A DNA stretch of 64,000 nucleotides from assembly GCA_017859785.1 (NCBI GenBank), contig JAFMMJ010000001.1:9618-73617 (forward strand), read 5' to 3'. The position numbers and the translations under genes were made by a program. The stretch's first letter is position 1; the number at the start of each line of letters is the position of its first letter. The DNA is from Ilumatobacteraceae bacterium. Its GTDB lineage: Bacteria > Actinomycetota > Acidimicrobiia > Acidimicrobiales > Ilumatobacteraceae. Below, in pieces: positions 46,362 to 55,939 of the stretch. The notes beneath the pieces are model-generated. The model was given only the letters and a program-made list of their open reading frames with translations. It did not search any database and was not told the DNA's origin.

Positions 46362-46963
46362 TCAGACCCCCGCCCCGCTCAACCCGACGGCGACGGCCTC
46401 GCGAAGGTGCTCACGACCGGTGGCGATGATCTCCAGCGGAAGGGCCAAGCGGCGGGCGGCCGCCTCAGCCGCCTCTCGCACCTCTGGCTCGTCACCTTGG
46501 GTGAGCAACACAACGCGCGTGTACGCGGCGAAGTACATGTCGCGCAGTTCCGGGTGTCGGTCGAGACCGAGGCCGGACCACACGAGGGCGTCGAAGTGCC
46601 TGGCGAGGAAATCGGTCAAGTAGAAGGTGCCGAGCTCCTCTGAGTGAAGGCGTTCGAACTCGTCGACACCGCTCAAGAAGGCGTAGCAGTGAGCGCCCGG
46701 AAGGCGCCGAACATCCCGCGGGGTCGAAGCGATCCAGGCGTCGAGCAGGCCGCCGGTGCCGCAGTCGGCGTAACCGAGGAGGACGCTCCGGTCGAGTGGT
46801 TCATCGCTGAGTCGCTCCTCGATCGCGGGAACGATCCCATCGGGTCGGTTGTGCAACGGCGCGGGCAGGTAGTCGACCTCGACGGATTCGGCGAGTTCGT
46901 CGACCTCCAGCACGGCCCGCAGCTCACGGGCGAGAGCACCGCAGGCGAGCACGAGCGGACGGG

Positions 46964-46967
<4 letters not shown>
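46362..46967 (-). CDS. DUF1638-domain protein
   Basis: 201 aa. The start overlaps the corrinoid-protein stop (ATGA). Pattern LACGALARE...YLPAPLHNRP...GYADCGTGG is typical of DUF1638. Confidence 0.7.
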
Positions 46968-47689
<722 letters not shown>

Positions 47690-47791
47690 CTCCTGGGAAC
47701 ACGCTCAGAGAGCCCCGAGGGGTCCTCGCTCATGGGTATTGGAATCCATGCGACCCTGCGGTCGGACCCCGTGATTCACTTCCGGAACTTG

Positions 47792-47808
47792 GTTCCGTCA
47801 TACGGAAC
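47792..47808. promoter_or_regulatory. 17-bp palindromic operator upstream of the corrinoid operon
   Basis: GTTCCGT-CAT-ACGGAAC has perfect 7-bp arms. It lies about 100 nt upstream of the corrinoid-protein start. A second dyad, ATACGGA-N5-TCCGTAT, overlaps it at 47800-47818. Confidence 0.55.
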
Positions 47809-47906
47809 AGGTCCGTATGGTGAAATTCTAGCATCCCGAACTGCGACCTGTGACATCCGTCAAGCCCACCATTCCGCCAGGCGGAACCACCGTCTCCGTG
47901 GCCGAT

Positions 47907-48665
47907 TCAGGGCTGGAGACTGCCCGCGAGGCGCTTCGACACGCGCGCAGCGGTGCGCACCACGGCACGGGTGATCGCGTCACGTCGGTCCGGATCGGGG
48001 AACCGATAGGCCGGGCCGTGAACATGGATCGCGGCGATCACCGATCCCGCCGGATTGAAGATCGGCGCCGCCACCGAGTTGATGCCCTCGGCCATCTCCT
48101 CCATCGTCCAGGCGAAACCGTCGCGGCGGACCGACTCGAGGCGCCGAATGATCGCAACCGGGTCGGTGACGGAGCGCTCACACCAGGGTTCGAACGGGTC
48201 GGCGAGAGCCGCCGCCTGCTCCTCGTCAGAGGAGAACGCCAGCAGAACCAACCCTGAGGAGACCACGTGAGCGTCGACGGTTTCTCCGGTCCAGTCGCGC
48301 AACTGCACCTCTTGGCCAGCGTTCACTTGATCGAGGTAGTAGACCCCGCGGCCCTCCAAAACACCGATCCCCGCGTCCTCTTCGAGCAGGTCCACGAGGT
48401 CCTGGAGATGCGGACGGCTGATCGAGACGATGTTGCGACCCGGTGATGCGGCGGCGCTCAGCTCGATGAGGGTCTCCCCCAGTCCGTAGGAGCTGGAGTT
48501 CTCGCTCTGCTCGACCGCGCCGAGATCGACGAGGGTCGACAGCAGGCGCGCCACCGTGCTCTTCGGGAGGTCGGTCCGCTCGGCGATCTCGGACACGCCA
48601 GCCGGTCCGGTGGACAGGCTGCGCAGCACCGAGAAGGCGCGGTTGACTGACTGGACTCCTGACAT
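47907..48665 (-). CDS. IclR-family transcriptional regulator
   Basis: Trimmed to ATG 48665 (GGGAGG RBS). N-terminal HTH (VQSVNRAFSVLRSLS...GVSEIAERTDLPKSTVARLL) and a C-terminal IclR effector domain. Confidence 0.88.
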   Translation of the reverse strand: MSGVQSVNRAFSVLRSLSTGPAGVSEIAERTDLPKSTVARLLSTLVDLGAVEQSENSSSYGLGETLIELSAAASPGRNIVSISRPHLQDLVDLLEEDAGIGVLEGRGVYYLDQVNAGQEVQLRDWTGETVDAHVVSSGLVLLAFSSDEEQAAALADPFEPWCERSVTDPVAIIRRLESVRRDGFAWTMEEMAEGINSVAAPIFNPAGSVIAAIHVHGPAYRFPDPDRRDAITRAVVRTAARVSKRLAGSLQP

Positions 48666-48684
48666 GTTCCTCCCTGATCTCCCA

Positions 48685-48705
48685 CTGTTCCACAATGTGG
48701 AACAG
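48685..48705. promoter_or_regulatory. perfect 21-bp palindrome upstream of iclR (candidate IclR operator)
   Basis: CTGTTCCAC-AAT-GTGGAACAG lies 20 nt upstream of the iclR ATG. Confidence 0.6.
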
Positions 48706-48739
48706 ATGCCAACCTCAGGGGCGGGAAAATCCGACCGGA

Positions 48740-49621
48740 TTAGAACGCGCCGAGCATCCTCGCGGCGGCGAGGGTGTTCTCGAGCAGGCAGCCGATCGTC
48801 ATCGGACCGGTCCCACCGGGCATCGGCGTGATCGCGCCTGCGACCGCTTGCACTCGATCGAAATCGACATCGCCGACGATGCCGTCAGCCGTGCGCGACA
48901 CGCCGACATCGAGCACCGCGGCTCCTGGTCGGACATGGTCGGGACCGATCATGTGCGCCTGGCCGGCGGCCGCGACGATGATGTCGGCCTCGCGACACAC
49001 CTCGATCAGATCGGATGTGCGCGAGTGGGCAAGGGTGACCGTCGCATCGCAGCCCCGTCGACCGAGCAGCAGCACCTGAGGGAGCCCGACCAAGGTCGAC
49101 CGCCCAACGACGACCGCTCGACGACCGGAGGTCTCGATTCCGTAACGCTCGATCAGGCGCATGACACCGAGCGGCGTGCAGGGCACATGCCCGGGCAAGT
49201 CACGAACGAGGCGACCGAGTGAGCGCTCGGTGAGCCCGTCGACATCCTTCTCCGGTGGCAACAGTGCGAGGACCGGCTCCGGGTCAAGATGCGCTGGCAG
49301 AGGGAGCTGCACGAGGATCCCGTGCACCGTCGGGTCAGCCACGAGGGCGGCCACCTGCTCCTCCACCTCAGCCTGGGTGGCCGACTCCGGAAGTTCGACC
49401 CCACGCGAGACGAGACCGGCCTCCTCGGCCTTGCGGTGCTTCATCCGCACATAGATCTGGCTCGGCTTGTCGGCGCCGACGAGCACCGTCGCGAGGCACA
49501 CCTCAGGCGAGCCCGCCGCCTCAATCTCAGACCGGAGGCGCGACACCGTCTCATCGCGCAGACGGTTGCCGTCGAGGAGGATCGCCCCTCCGGCTGTGCG
49601 CTCGACGCTGTCGGAGGTCAC
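48740..49621 (-). CDS. folD: bifunctional methylene-THF dehydrogenase / methenyl-THF cyclohydrolase
   Basis: FolD blocks (LATVLVGADKPSQIYVRMK, GILVQLPLP, VVVGRSTLVGLP, PMPGGTGPMT). The start overlaps the fhs stop. Confidence 0.92.
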   Translation of the reverse strand: MTSDSVERTAGGAILLDGNRLRDETVSRLRSEIEAAGSPEVCLATVLVGADKPSQIYVRMKHRKAEEAGLVSRGVELPESATQAEVEEQVAALVADPTVHGILVQLPLPAHLDPEPVLALLPPEKDVDGLTERSLGRLVRDLPGHVPCTPLGVMRLIERYGIETSGRRAVVVGRSTLVGLPQVLLLGRRGCDATVTLAHSRTSDLIEVCREADIIVAAAGQAHMIGPDHVRPGAAVLDVGVSRTADGIVGDVDFDRVQAVAGAITPMPGGTGPMTIGCLLENTLAAARMLGAF

Positions 49622-51315
49622 GAAAGGCCCACGATCTGGCCGTCGTCATCGATGTCGATGCGGGCGGCCGCGGGCGAGGAGGCGAGACCGGGCATAGTGC
49701 TCATGTCGCCGCAGATCGGGTAGACGAAACCAGCACCGACGCTCGCGCGAGCCTCGCGCACCGTCAGGGTGTGTCCGGTGGGCGCGCCCTTCAGGCTCGG
49801 ATCACCGGAGATCGACAGGTGCGTCTTGGCGATGCACACCGGCAGTCCTCCGAAGCCGTTGTCCTCGTAGTTCTGCAATTGGCGGCTGGCGGCTGCGGTG
49901 TAGTCGACACGCGCCGCGCCATAGATCGTGGTGGCGACCTTCTCGATCTTGGTCTTCAGCGGATCGGAGTCCTCATAGAGGAAGCCGAAGTCGCTCGGCT
50001 CCTCACACGCCTCGATGACCGCCTCGGCCAACTCGACCGCGCCCGCTCCCCCGTCGGCGAAGTGGGTGCACACAGCGACGCGCGCGCCGAGCGACTCGCC
50101 GAAACGTCGGATGGCCTCGTGCTCGGAGGGATGGTCGGTCGGGAAGGCGTTGATGGCGATCACCGGGGTGACACCGTGAGCCTTCACGTTCTCGACCTGC
50201 TTGCGTAGGTTCTCCGCTCCAGCCATCACGTCGTCCGGGTTCTCGGCGAGCAGGTCCTCGGGGAGGGCCTTGCCGGCGACGATGCGGTACTTGCCGGAGT
50301 GGGCCTTAAGCGCGCGGACCGTCGCCACGAGCACCGCGGCATCGGGGGTGAGTCCTGAGGCGCGGCACTTGATGTTGAAGAACCGCTCGGCCCCCATATC
50401 GGCGCCGAAGCCAGCCTCGGTGATGAGGTAATCGCCGCCGCGGATACCGATGAGGTCGCCGACGACGGAGGAGTTGCCGTGGGCGATGTTGCCGAACGGA
50501 CCGGCGTGGACGATCACCGGGGTGTTCTCGATCGTCTGCAACAGGTTGGGAGCCAAGGCGTCGCGCATGATCACCGACATCGAGCCGGCACCGTTCAAGT
50601 CCTCAGCGGTCACCGGACGGTTGTCGTTCGTGTAGCCGACCACGATGCGACCGAGACGCGCGCGGAGATCCTCAGCGGAGGTGGCGAGCGCGAGGATCGC
50701 CATGACCTCCGAAGCCGCGGTGATGTCGAAGCCGGTCTGCCGGGTCACCCCGTCCATTCGGCCGCCGAGCCCGATGACGATGTTGCGCAACGCGCGATCG
50801 TTCACGTCGAGCACGCGACGCCAGGTGATGTTGTTGAGGTCGAGTCCGAGTTCGTTGCCGTGATGGAGGTGGTTGTCGACCATCGCCGACAGCAGGTTGT
50901 GGGCAGCGGTTACCGCATGGAAGTCGCCGGTGAGGTGCAAGTTGAGCAGTTCCATCGGGATGACCTGGCTGTAGCCACCTCCGGCCGCTCCACCCTTGAT
51001 GCCGAAGGTCGGCCCCATCGAGGGTTGCCGAAGCGAAAGGACCGCGTTCTTGCCGACATGAGACATCGCCTGGCCGAGACCGACCGAGGTGGTCGTCTTG
51101 CCCTCACCGAGCGGGGTCGGGGTGATGGCGGTGACGACGACGTACTTCGCCTTCGGCCGATCGGCCAGTTCGTCGATCGCGTCGAGGCTGATCTTGGCCA
51201 ACTCGGTGCCGTAGGGCCGGAGCAGGTGCTCTCCGATCCCCATCTTCGCCGCGACCTCGGGCATCGGCTTCGGAACGGCGGCTCGGGCGATCTCAAGATC
51301 GGACGGAAAACTCAT
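49618..51315 (-). CDS. fhs: formate-tetrahydrofolate ligase
   Basis: FTHFS signatures (TPTPLGEGKTTT, GGAAGGGYSQV, HAGPFGNIAHGNSS). 565 aa. Confidence 0.95.
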   Translation of the reverse strand: MSFPSDLEIARAAVPKPMPEVAAKMGIGEHLLRPYGTELAKISLDAIDELADRPKAKYVVVTAITPTPLGEGKTTTSVGLGQAMSHVGKNAVLSLRQPSMGPTFGIKGGAAGGGYSQVIPMELLNLHLTGDFHAVTAAHNLLSAMVDNHLHHGNELGLDLNNITWRRVLDVNDRALRNIVIGLGGRMDGVTRQTGFDITAASEVMAILALATSAEDLRARLGRIVVGYTNDNRPVTAEDLNGAGSMSVIMRDALAPNLLQTIENTPVIVHAGPFGNIAHGNSSVVGDLIGIRGGDYLITEAGFGADMGAERFFNIKCRASGLTPDAAVLVATVRALKAHSGKYRIVAGKALPEDLLAENPDDVMAGAENLRKQVENVKAHGVTPVIAINAFPTDHPSEHEAIRRFGESLGARVAVCTHFADGGAGAVELAEAVIEACEEPSDFGFLYEDSDPLKTKIEKVATTIYGAARVDYTAAASRQLQNYEDNGFGGLPVCIAKTHLSISGDPSLKGAPTGHTLTVREARASVGAGFVYPICGDMSTMPGLASSPAAARIDIDDDGQIVGLS

Positions 51316-51412
51316 CGTTGTTCACCCCTGATTCGGTGGTTTGTCGGCAGAATGAGCGGGCTGTTGGCCCGCCGACGCGTGGCCGGCGCGGATTGTCGCA
51401 CAGGTCACACTC

Positions 51413-51447
51413 GTTCCACAATACGGATTCATTCCAAGATGTGGAAC
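51413..51447. promoter_or_regulatory. two adjacent imperfect copies of the 17-bp operator in the fhs / formate dehydrogenase divergent region
   Basis: GTTCCAC-AAT-ACGGATT (51413-51429) and ATTCCAA-GAT-GTGGAAC (51431-51447). The outer arms are perfect matches to the iclR palindrome. Confidence 0.55.
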
Positions 51448-51478
51448 GATACACCGCTTCTCAACTAACCTAAACGTC

Positions 51479-53395
51479 ATGCCACGGCACCGCCACCAGC
51501 CTCTCGACCGCCTCACCACCCCACTCGTTCGGGAGAACGGCGCGCTCCGCCCCGCCACCTGGGACGAAGCCCTCGACCGGGCCGCCGAGGGATTCCGCCG
51601 CGCCGGTGGCGGTCAGTCAGTCGGTGTGTTCTCCTGCTCGAAGTCGACAAACGAGATGAACTTCATCGCGCAGAAGCTCGCCCGAGTCGCACTCGGTACG
51701 AACAACATCGACTCCTGCAACCGAACTTGACACGCTCCCTCGGTGGTCGGTCTGGCCGCCACATTCGGAGCGGGAGGAGGCACCTCCTCCTACGCGGAGG
51801 CCGAGGCCGCCGACGTCATCATCATGTGGGGCTCGAACGCCCGCAACGCGCACCCGATCTTCTTCCACCACGTGCTCACCGCCGTGAACAACGGCGCGCG
51901 CCTGTTCGTGGTCGACCCTCGACGCAGCGAGACGGCGCGCTTCGCTGACCGCTGGCTCGGACTCGAGGTCGGCACCGACATCGCGCTCTCCAACACGATC
52001 GCCCGCGAGATCATCCACGCCGGTCTCGCCCACACCGACTTCATTGAGCGGGCCACCAGTGGATTCGAGGAGTACGCCGCGTCGGTCGAGGAGTGGACCC
52101 TCGAGCGCGGTGAGTCGGTCACCGGCGTGCCAGCCGAAGCCATCCGAGAACTCGCCCACGCCTACGCCGGCGCGAAGGCCGCCCAGTTGTGCTGGACCCT
52201 CGGCATCACCGAGCACCACAACGGTGTCGACAACGTCCTCTCACTGTGCAACCTCGCCCTCCTCACCGGCCAGGTCGGGCGCTACGGCGCCGGACTCACC
52301 CCATTGCGCGGACAGAACAACGTCCAGGGAGGCGGCGACATGGGCGCGCTTCCCAACAAGTTGCCCGGCTTCCAAGACGTCACCGACGACGAGGCTCGAG
52401 CGAAGTTCGACGCGCGTTGGTCAGCGACCGTCCCACCGGAGAACGGCTGGCACCTCACGCAGATGTTCGACGCGATGGAGCGCGGCGACCTCACCTCGCT
52501 ACTCGTCATCGGCGAGAACCCGGCGCAGAGCGAGGCCGACGTCTCGCGGGCGATCGACCTGCTCTCCTCCCGCGATCACCTGGTCGTTCTCGACATCCAC
52601 ATGACCGGCACCGCCGAACTCGCCGACGTCGTGTTGCCGGGGAGCGCCTCATGGTGCGAATCGGATGGCACGGTCACCAACTCCGAACGTCGAGTGCAAC
52701 GCGTCCGCAAGGCCATCAACCCACCCGGCGAGGCCCGCGACGACATCGACATCCTGCTCGACCTCGCCGCCCGTCTCGGCCACGACTGGAACTACCGCGA
52801 TCACGAGGAAATCTGGGACGAGTTGCGGTCGCTGTCACCCATGCACGCCGGCATGCCGTGGTGGCGTCTCGAGGAACTCGGCGGCATTCAGTGGCCCTGC
52901 TATTCAGAAGACACGCTGGAGCCGCCCTTCCTCCACGGTCGCCTGTGGGCCGAGGACCCCGCCGAGCGCGGTCGACCCGCCCCGTTCGCCGTCGTCATCG
53001 ACGAGCCACCCGTCGAGGCCGTCGACGAGGAGTTCCCGCTCCGCCTCACCACCGGTCGACGTCTCGACTCGTACAACACCGGCGTGCAATCGGGCGGGTT
53101 CTCCTCGCCAAATCGCGCGGGTGAGACCGTCGACGTCTCACCTGGTGACGCTGACCGCCTCGGAGTCGCCAATGGCGAGATCGTCCGCGTGAGCTCGCGA
53201 CGCGGCGCGGTCGAGGCGCCGATCAGGATCGACCGGGGACTCCGCGACGGGCTGGTATTCATGACCTTCCACTTCCCCGATGAGGTCGATGTGAACCAGT
53301 TGACGATCGACGCCGTCGACCCCCGTTCGGGAACGGCGGAGTTCAAGGCTGCCGCTGTCCGTATCGACCGGATCACCCCGGCGGCGACAGGCTGA
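51479..53395 (+). CDS. formate dehydrogenase catalytic subunit, molybdopterin (bis-MGD) module only. The in-frame TGA at 51728-51730 is read as selenocysteine.
   Basis: ORFs 51479..51730 and 51743..53395 share one frame. The junction reads NNIDSCNRT-U-HAPSVVGLAATFGAGG, matching the CxR(V/L)-U/C-H-xPSVxGL active-site block of FdhF/FdhA. A SECIS-like hairpin follows. The start ATG has no obvious RBS. Confidence 0.8.
51731..51771 (+). promoter_or_regulatory. bacterial SECIS-like mRNA hairpin
   Basis: The upper stem GGTGGTC (51742-51748) / GGCCGCC (51754-51760) has the loop GGTCT and starts 11 nt after the TGA, the same spacing as in E. coli fdhF. The lower stem is GCTCC (51734-51738) / GGAGC (51767-51771). 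Confidence 0.65.
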
Positions 53396-53401
53396 GCAGA
53401 C

Positions 53402-55045
53402 ATGGAGGCAATCAAGCGGACGACCCCGGCATCCGATGCCGAGCGCGAGGCGATCGAGAGCGTGCTCGGGCCGTCCGACGACCGTCTCGGTCGCGACGCT
53501 GTCGCCGGTCATGTCGTCCGTGGGCAGCGGCACCTGCTGCTGCCTTGTCTCCACGCCCTCAATGACCGGATCGGCTGGATCAGCTCTCCAGCGATCGATC
53601 ACCTCGCCACGCGACTCGGCGCCTCCCCCGCCGAGATCCACGCGGTAGCCAGCTTCTACGGGCTCTTCTCTCTCAGCCCCCGTGAGCCCGTCCAGCGCCA
53701 CGTCTGCATCGACCTCGCCTGCCGGGCGGCCGGCGGGCCGACTGAACACAGCGTCGACCACGAAGCGCACCCCGCGCCCTGCCTCGGACTCTGCGACCGC
53801 GCCCCCGCCGCCATCACCATCGGCGGCCACGACCCCGAACCGGACCCCGCGTCCGCCGCCGTCGATCGCGCCGAGGACGACGTCCTGCTGCGGCGAGTCG
53901 GCGCGGGCGACCCGGTCGACCTCGACGCCTACCTCGCCGACGGCGGGTTCTCAGCACTCGAGCGCGCCCGAGATCTCGGCCCCGAGGGAATCATCAGCGC
54001 CGTCGAGGCCTCTGGACTCACCGGTCGGGGCGGAGCCGGATTCCCGACGGCCCGCAAATGGGACGCGGTCCGCACCCAGCCCGTCACCCCCCACCACCTG
54101 ATCTGCAACGCCGACGAGTCCGAACCGGGCACCTTCAAGGATCGGACCCTGATCGAGAACGACCCGTACGCCCTGATCGAGTCGATGGCGATCGCCTCGC
54201 TCGCCATCGGCTGCGAACTCGGGCGGGTATACCTGCGCGGCGAGTATCTCCGCGCCCACCTGACCCTGTCGACAGCCATCGAGCGCTGCCGCTCCGCCGG
54301 TTTGCTCGGAGCGTTGGCGGGCTTCGATATCGAGATCATCCGCGGCGCGGGCGCCTACATCTGCGGGGAGGAGACGGCGATCTTCAACTCCATCGAGGGA
54401 TACCGCGGCGAACCACGGAACAAGCCGCCGTTCCCGTTCGAGTCGGGGCTGTTCGGTGAGCCGACCGCGGTGAACAACGTCGAGACGTTGATGAACGTGC
54501 CCTCCATCATCGCCGAGGGCCGCCAAGCAGACCGCCGGCTCTTCTGCTTGTCGGGCGCCGTGCGCCGCCCCGGCGTCATCGAAGCGCCCATCGGCATCAC
54601 CCTCGGAGCGCTGATCGAGCGCGCGGGAGGTCTCCGTGAGGGCTCGGAGCTTCGCGCCGTCATGCTCGGCGGAGCCGCCGGCGGCTTCGCCGGTCCGGCC
54701 GACCTCGATCTTCCCCTCGATGACGCCCGACTCCGCGAGGTCGGGCTCACCCTCGGCTCCGGCGTCGTGATGGTCCACGATCAGCACGTCGACCTCGTCG
54801 ATCAATTGCGACGGATCGCCGCGTTCTTCCGCGACGAGTCCTGCGGGCAATGCGTCCCCTGCCGCGTCGGAACCGTCAGGCAGGAAGAGGCCATCGAGCG
54901 ACTCGCCTCCGGAACGGGCGAGGCCGACCTCTCACTGCTGCGCGATATCGCTGGCGCCATGCGCGACGCGAGCATCTGCGGTCTTGGTCAGACGGCGGCC
55001 AACGCGATCCAGTCGGCCGTCGTGCGGCTCGGGGTGCTGACATGA
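53402..55045 (+). CDS. NAD(H)-binding diaphorase subunit: fused NuoE-like [2Fe-2S] and NuoF-like FMN/[4Fe-4S] domains (FdsG-FdsB type)
   Basis: NuoE cysteines (VCIDLAC ... CLGLCDRAP). NuoF motifs GLTGRGGAGFPTARKW, ICNADESEPGTFKDR and ESCGQCVPCRVG. Confidence 0.88.
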   Translation: MEAIKRTTPASDAEREAIESVLGPSDDRLGRDAVAGHVVRGQRHLLLPCLHALNDRIGWISSPAIDHLATRLGASPAEIHAVASFYGLFSLSPREPVQRHVCIDLACRAAGGPTEHSVDHEAHPAPCLGLCDRAPAAITIGGHDPEPDPASAAVDRAEDDVLLRRVGAGDPVDLDAYLADGGFSALERARDLGPEGIISAVEASGLTGRGGAGFPTARKWDAVRTQPVTPHHLICNADESEPGTFKDRTLIENDPYALIESMAIASLAIGCELGRVYLRGEYLRAHLTLSTAIERCRSAGLLGALAGFDIEIIRGAGAYICGEETAIFNSIEGYRGEPRNKPPFPFESGLFGEPTAVNNVETLMNVPSIIAEGRQADRRLFCLSGAVRRPGVIEAPIGITLGALIERAGGLREGSELRAVMLGGAAGGFAGPADLDLPLDDARLREVGLTLGSGVVMVHDQHVDLVDQLRRIAAFFRDESCGQCVPCRVGTVRQEEAIERLASGTGEADLSLLRDIAGAMRDASICGLGQTAANAIQSAVVRLGVLT

Positions 55046-55914
55046 CAACGATCGACGGCACCGCTTCGGACACAGCGACGGTCGAGGCGATCATCGACGG
55101 GGTAACCGTTCGTGTGGCCGAAGGCACGACGATCCTCGACGCCTGCGGCGGTCGGGGATGCGGCATTCCCACCCTGTGCTACGGCGAGACGATCACCCCA
55201 CGCAACGCCTGCCGCGTCTGCATGGTGGAGGTGGAGGGCTCGCGCACCCTGGTTCCCTCCTGCTCGCGTCCGGTGACCGAGGGCATGGTCGTCACGACGC
55301 GTTCCGAGCGGATCGACCACTCGAGGCGGATGGTGCTCGAGTTCCTCGGCTCCTCGGTCGACCTCTCGCTCACCGACCATGTCGAAGAGTGGAACACCGA
55401 GTACGGCGCCGACCCGACGCGATACGGCTCAGAGGCCGCTCGAGTGGACGAGCCGGTTCGCATCGACAACGACCTCTACATCCGCGACTACTCCAAGTGC
55501 ATCCTGTGCTACCAGTGCGTCGACGCTTGCGGAGAGCAGTGGCAGAACAGTTTCGTGATCGACATCGCCGGACGGGGCTTCGACGCTCGGGTGTCGACCG
55601 AGCACGACGTCTCACTCCCTGATTCCGGATGTGTCTACTGCGGCAACTGCATCCAGGTCTGCCCGACCGGAGCGCTGATGTTCACCTCGGAGTACACCAT
55701 GCGCCAAGCGGGCACCTGGGACGAGTCGCGTCAGACCCAGGTCGACACGGTCTGCGGATATTGCGGGGTGGGCTGCAACCTCACCCTCCACGTGCAAGAC
55801 GACTCGATCGTGAAGGTGACCTCACCAGCCGACAGCGGCATCACGAGCGGCAACCTCTGCGTGAAGGGACGCTTCGGCTTCCAACACGCGCAGAACCGTC
55901 CCTCCGCCGACTGA
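55042..55914 (+). CDS. formate dehydrogenase alpha-subunit N-terminal Fe-S module, encoded as a separate gene ([2Fe-2S], two ferredoxin-type [4Fe-4S], and the molybdopterin-oxidoreductase Fe4S4 domain)
   Basis: Trimmed to ATG 55042 (ATGA overlap with the upstream stop). Cysteine motifs seen: LCYGE..ACRVCMV..SC, CILCYQCVDAC, CVYCGNCIQVCP and CGYCGVGCNL...CVKGRFGF. The protein ends exactly where the 51479 ORF's homology begins. Confidence 0.85.
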   Translation: MTTIDGTASDTATVEAIIDGVTVRVAEGTTILDACGGRGCGIPTLCYGETITPRNACRVCMVEVEGSRTLVPSCSRPVTEGMVVTTRSERIDHSRRMVLEFLGSSVDLSLTDHVEEWNTEYGADPTRYGSEAARVDEPVRIDNDLYIRDYSKCILCYQCVDACGEQWQNSFVIDIAGRGFDARVSTEHDVSLPDSGCVYCGNCIQVCPTGALMFTSEYTMRQAGTWDESRQTQVDTVCGYCGVGCNLTLHVQDDSIVKVTSPADSGITSGNLCVKGRFGFQHAQNRPSAD

Positions 55915-55939
55915 CCCGGCGAGGATCAGCCGACGTCGG

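Noticed and set aside
51479-53395. Calling the formate dehydrogenase gene a pseudogene because of the internal stop
   Set aside because: The stop is a TGA exactly at the conserved Sec/Cys active-site position, followed by His and a SECIS-like hairpin. Both flanks stay in frame with intact motifs.
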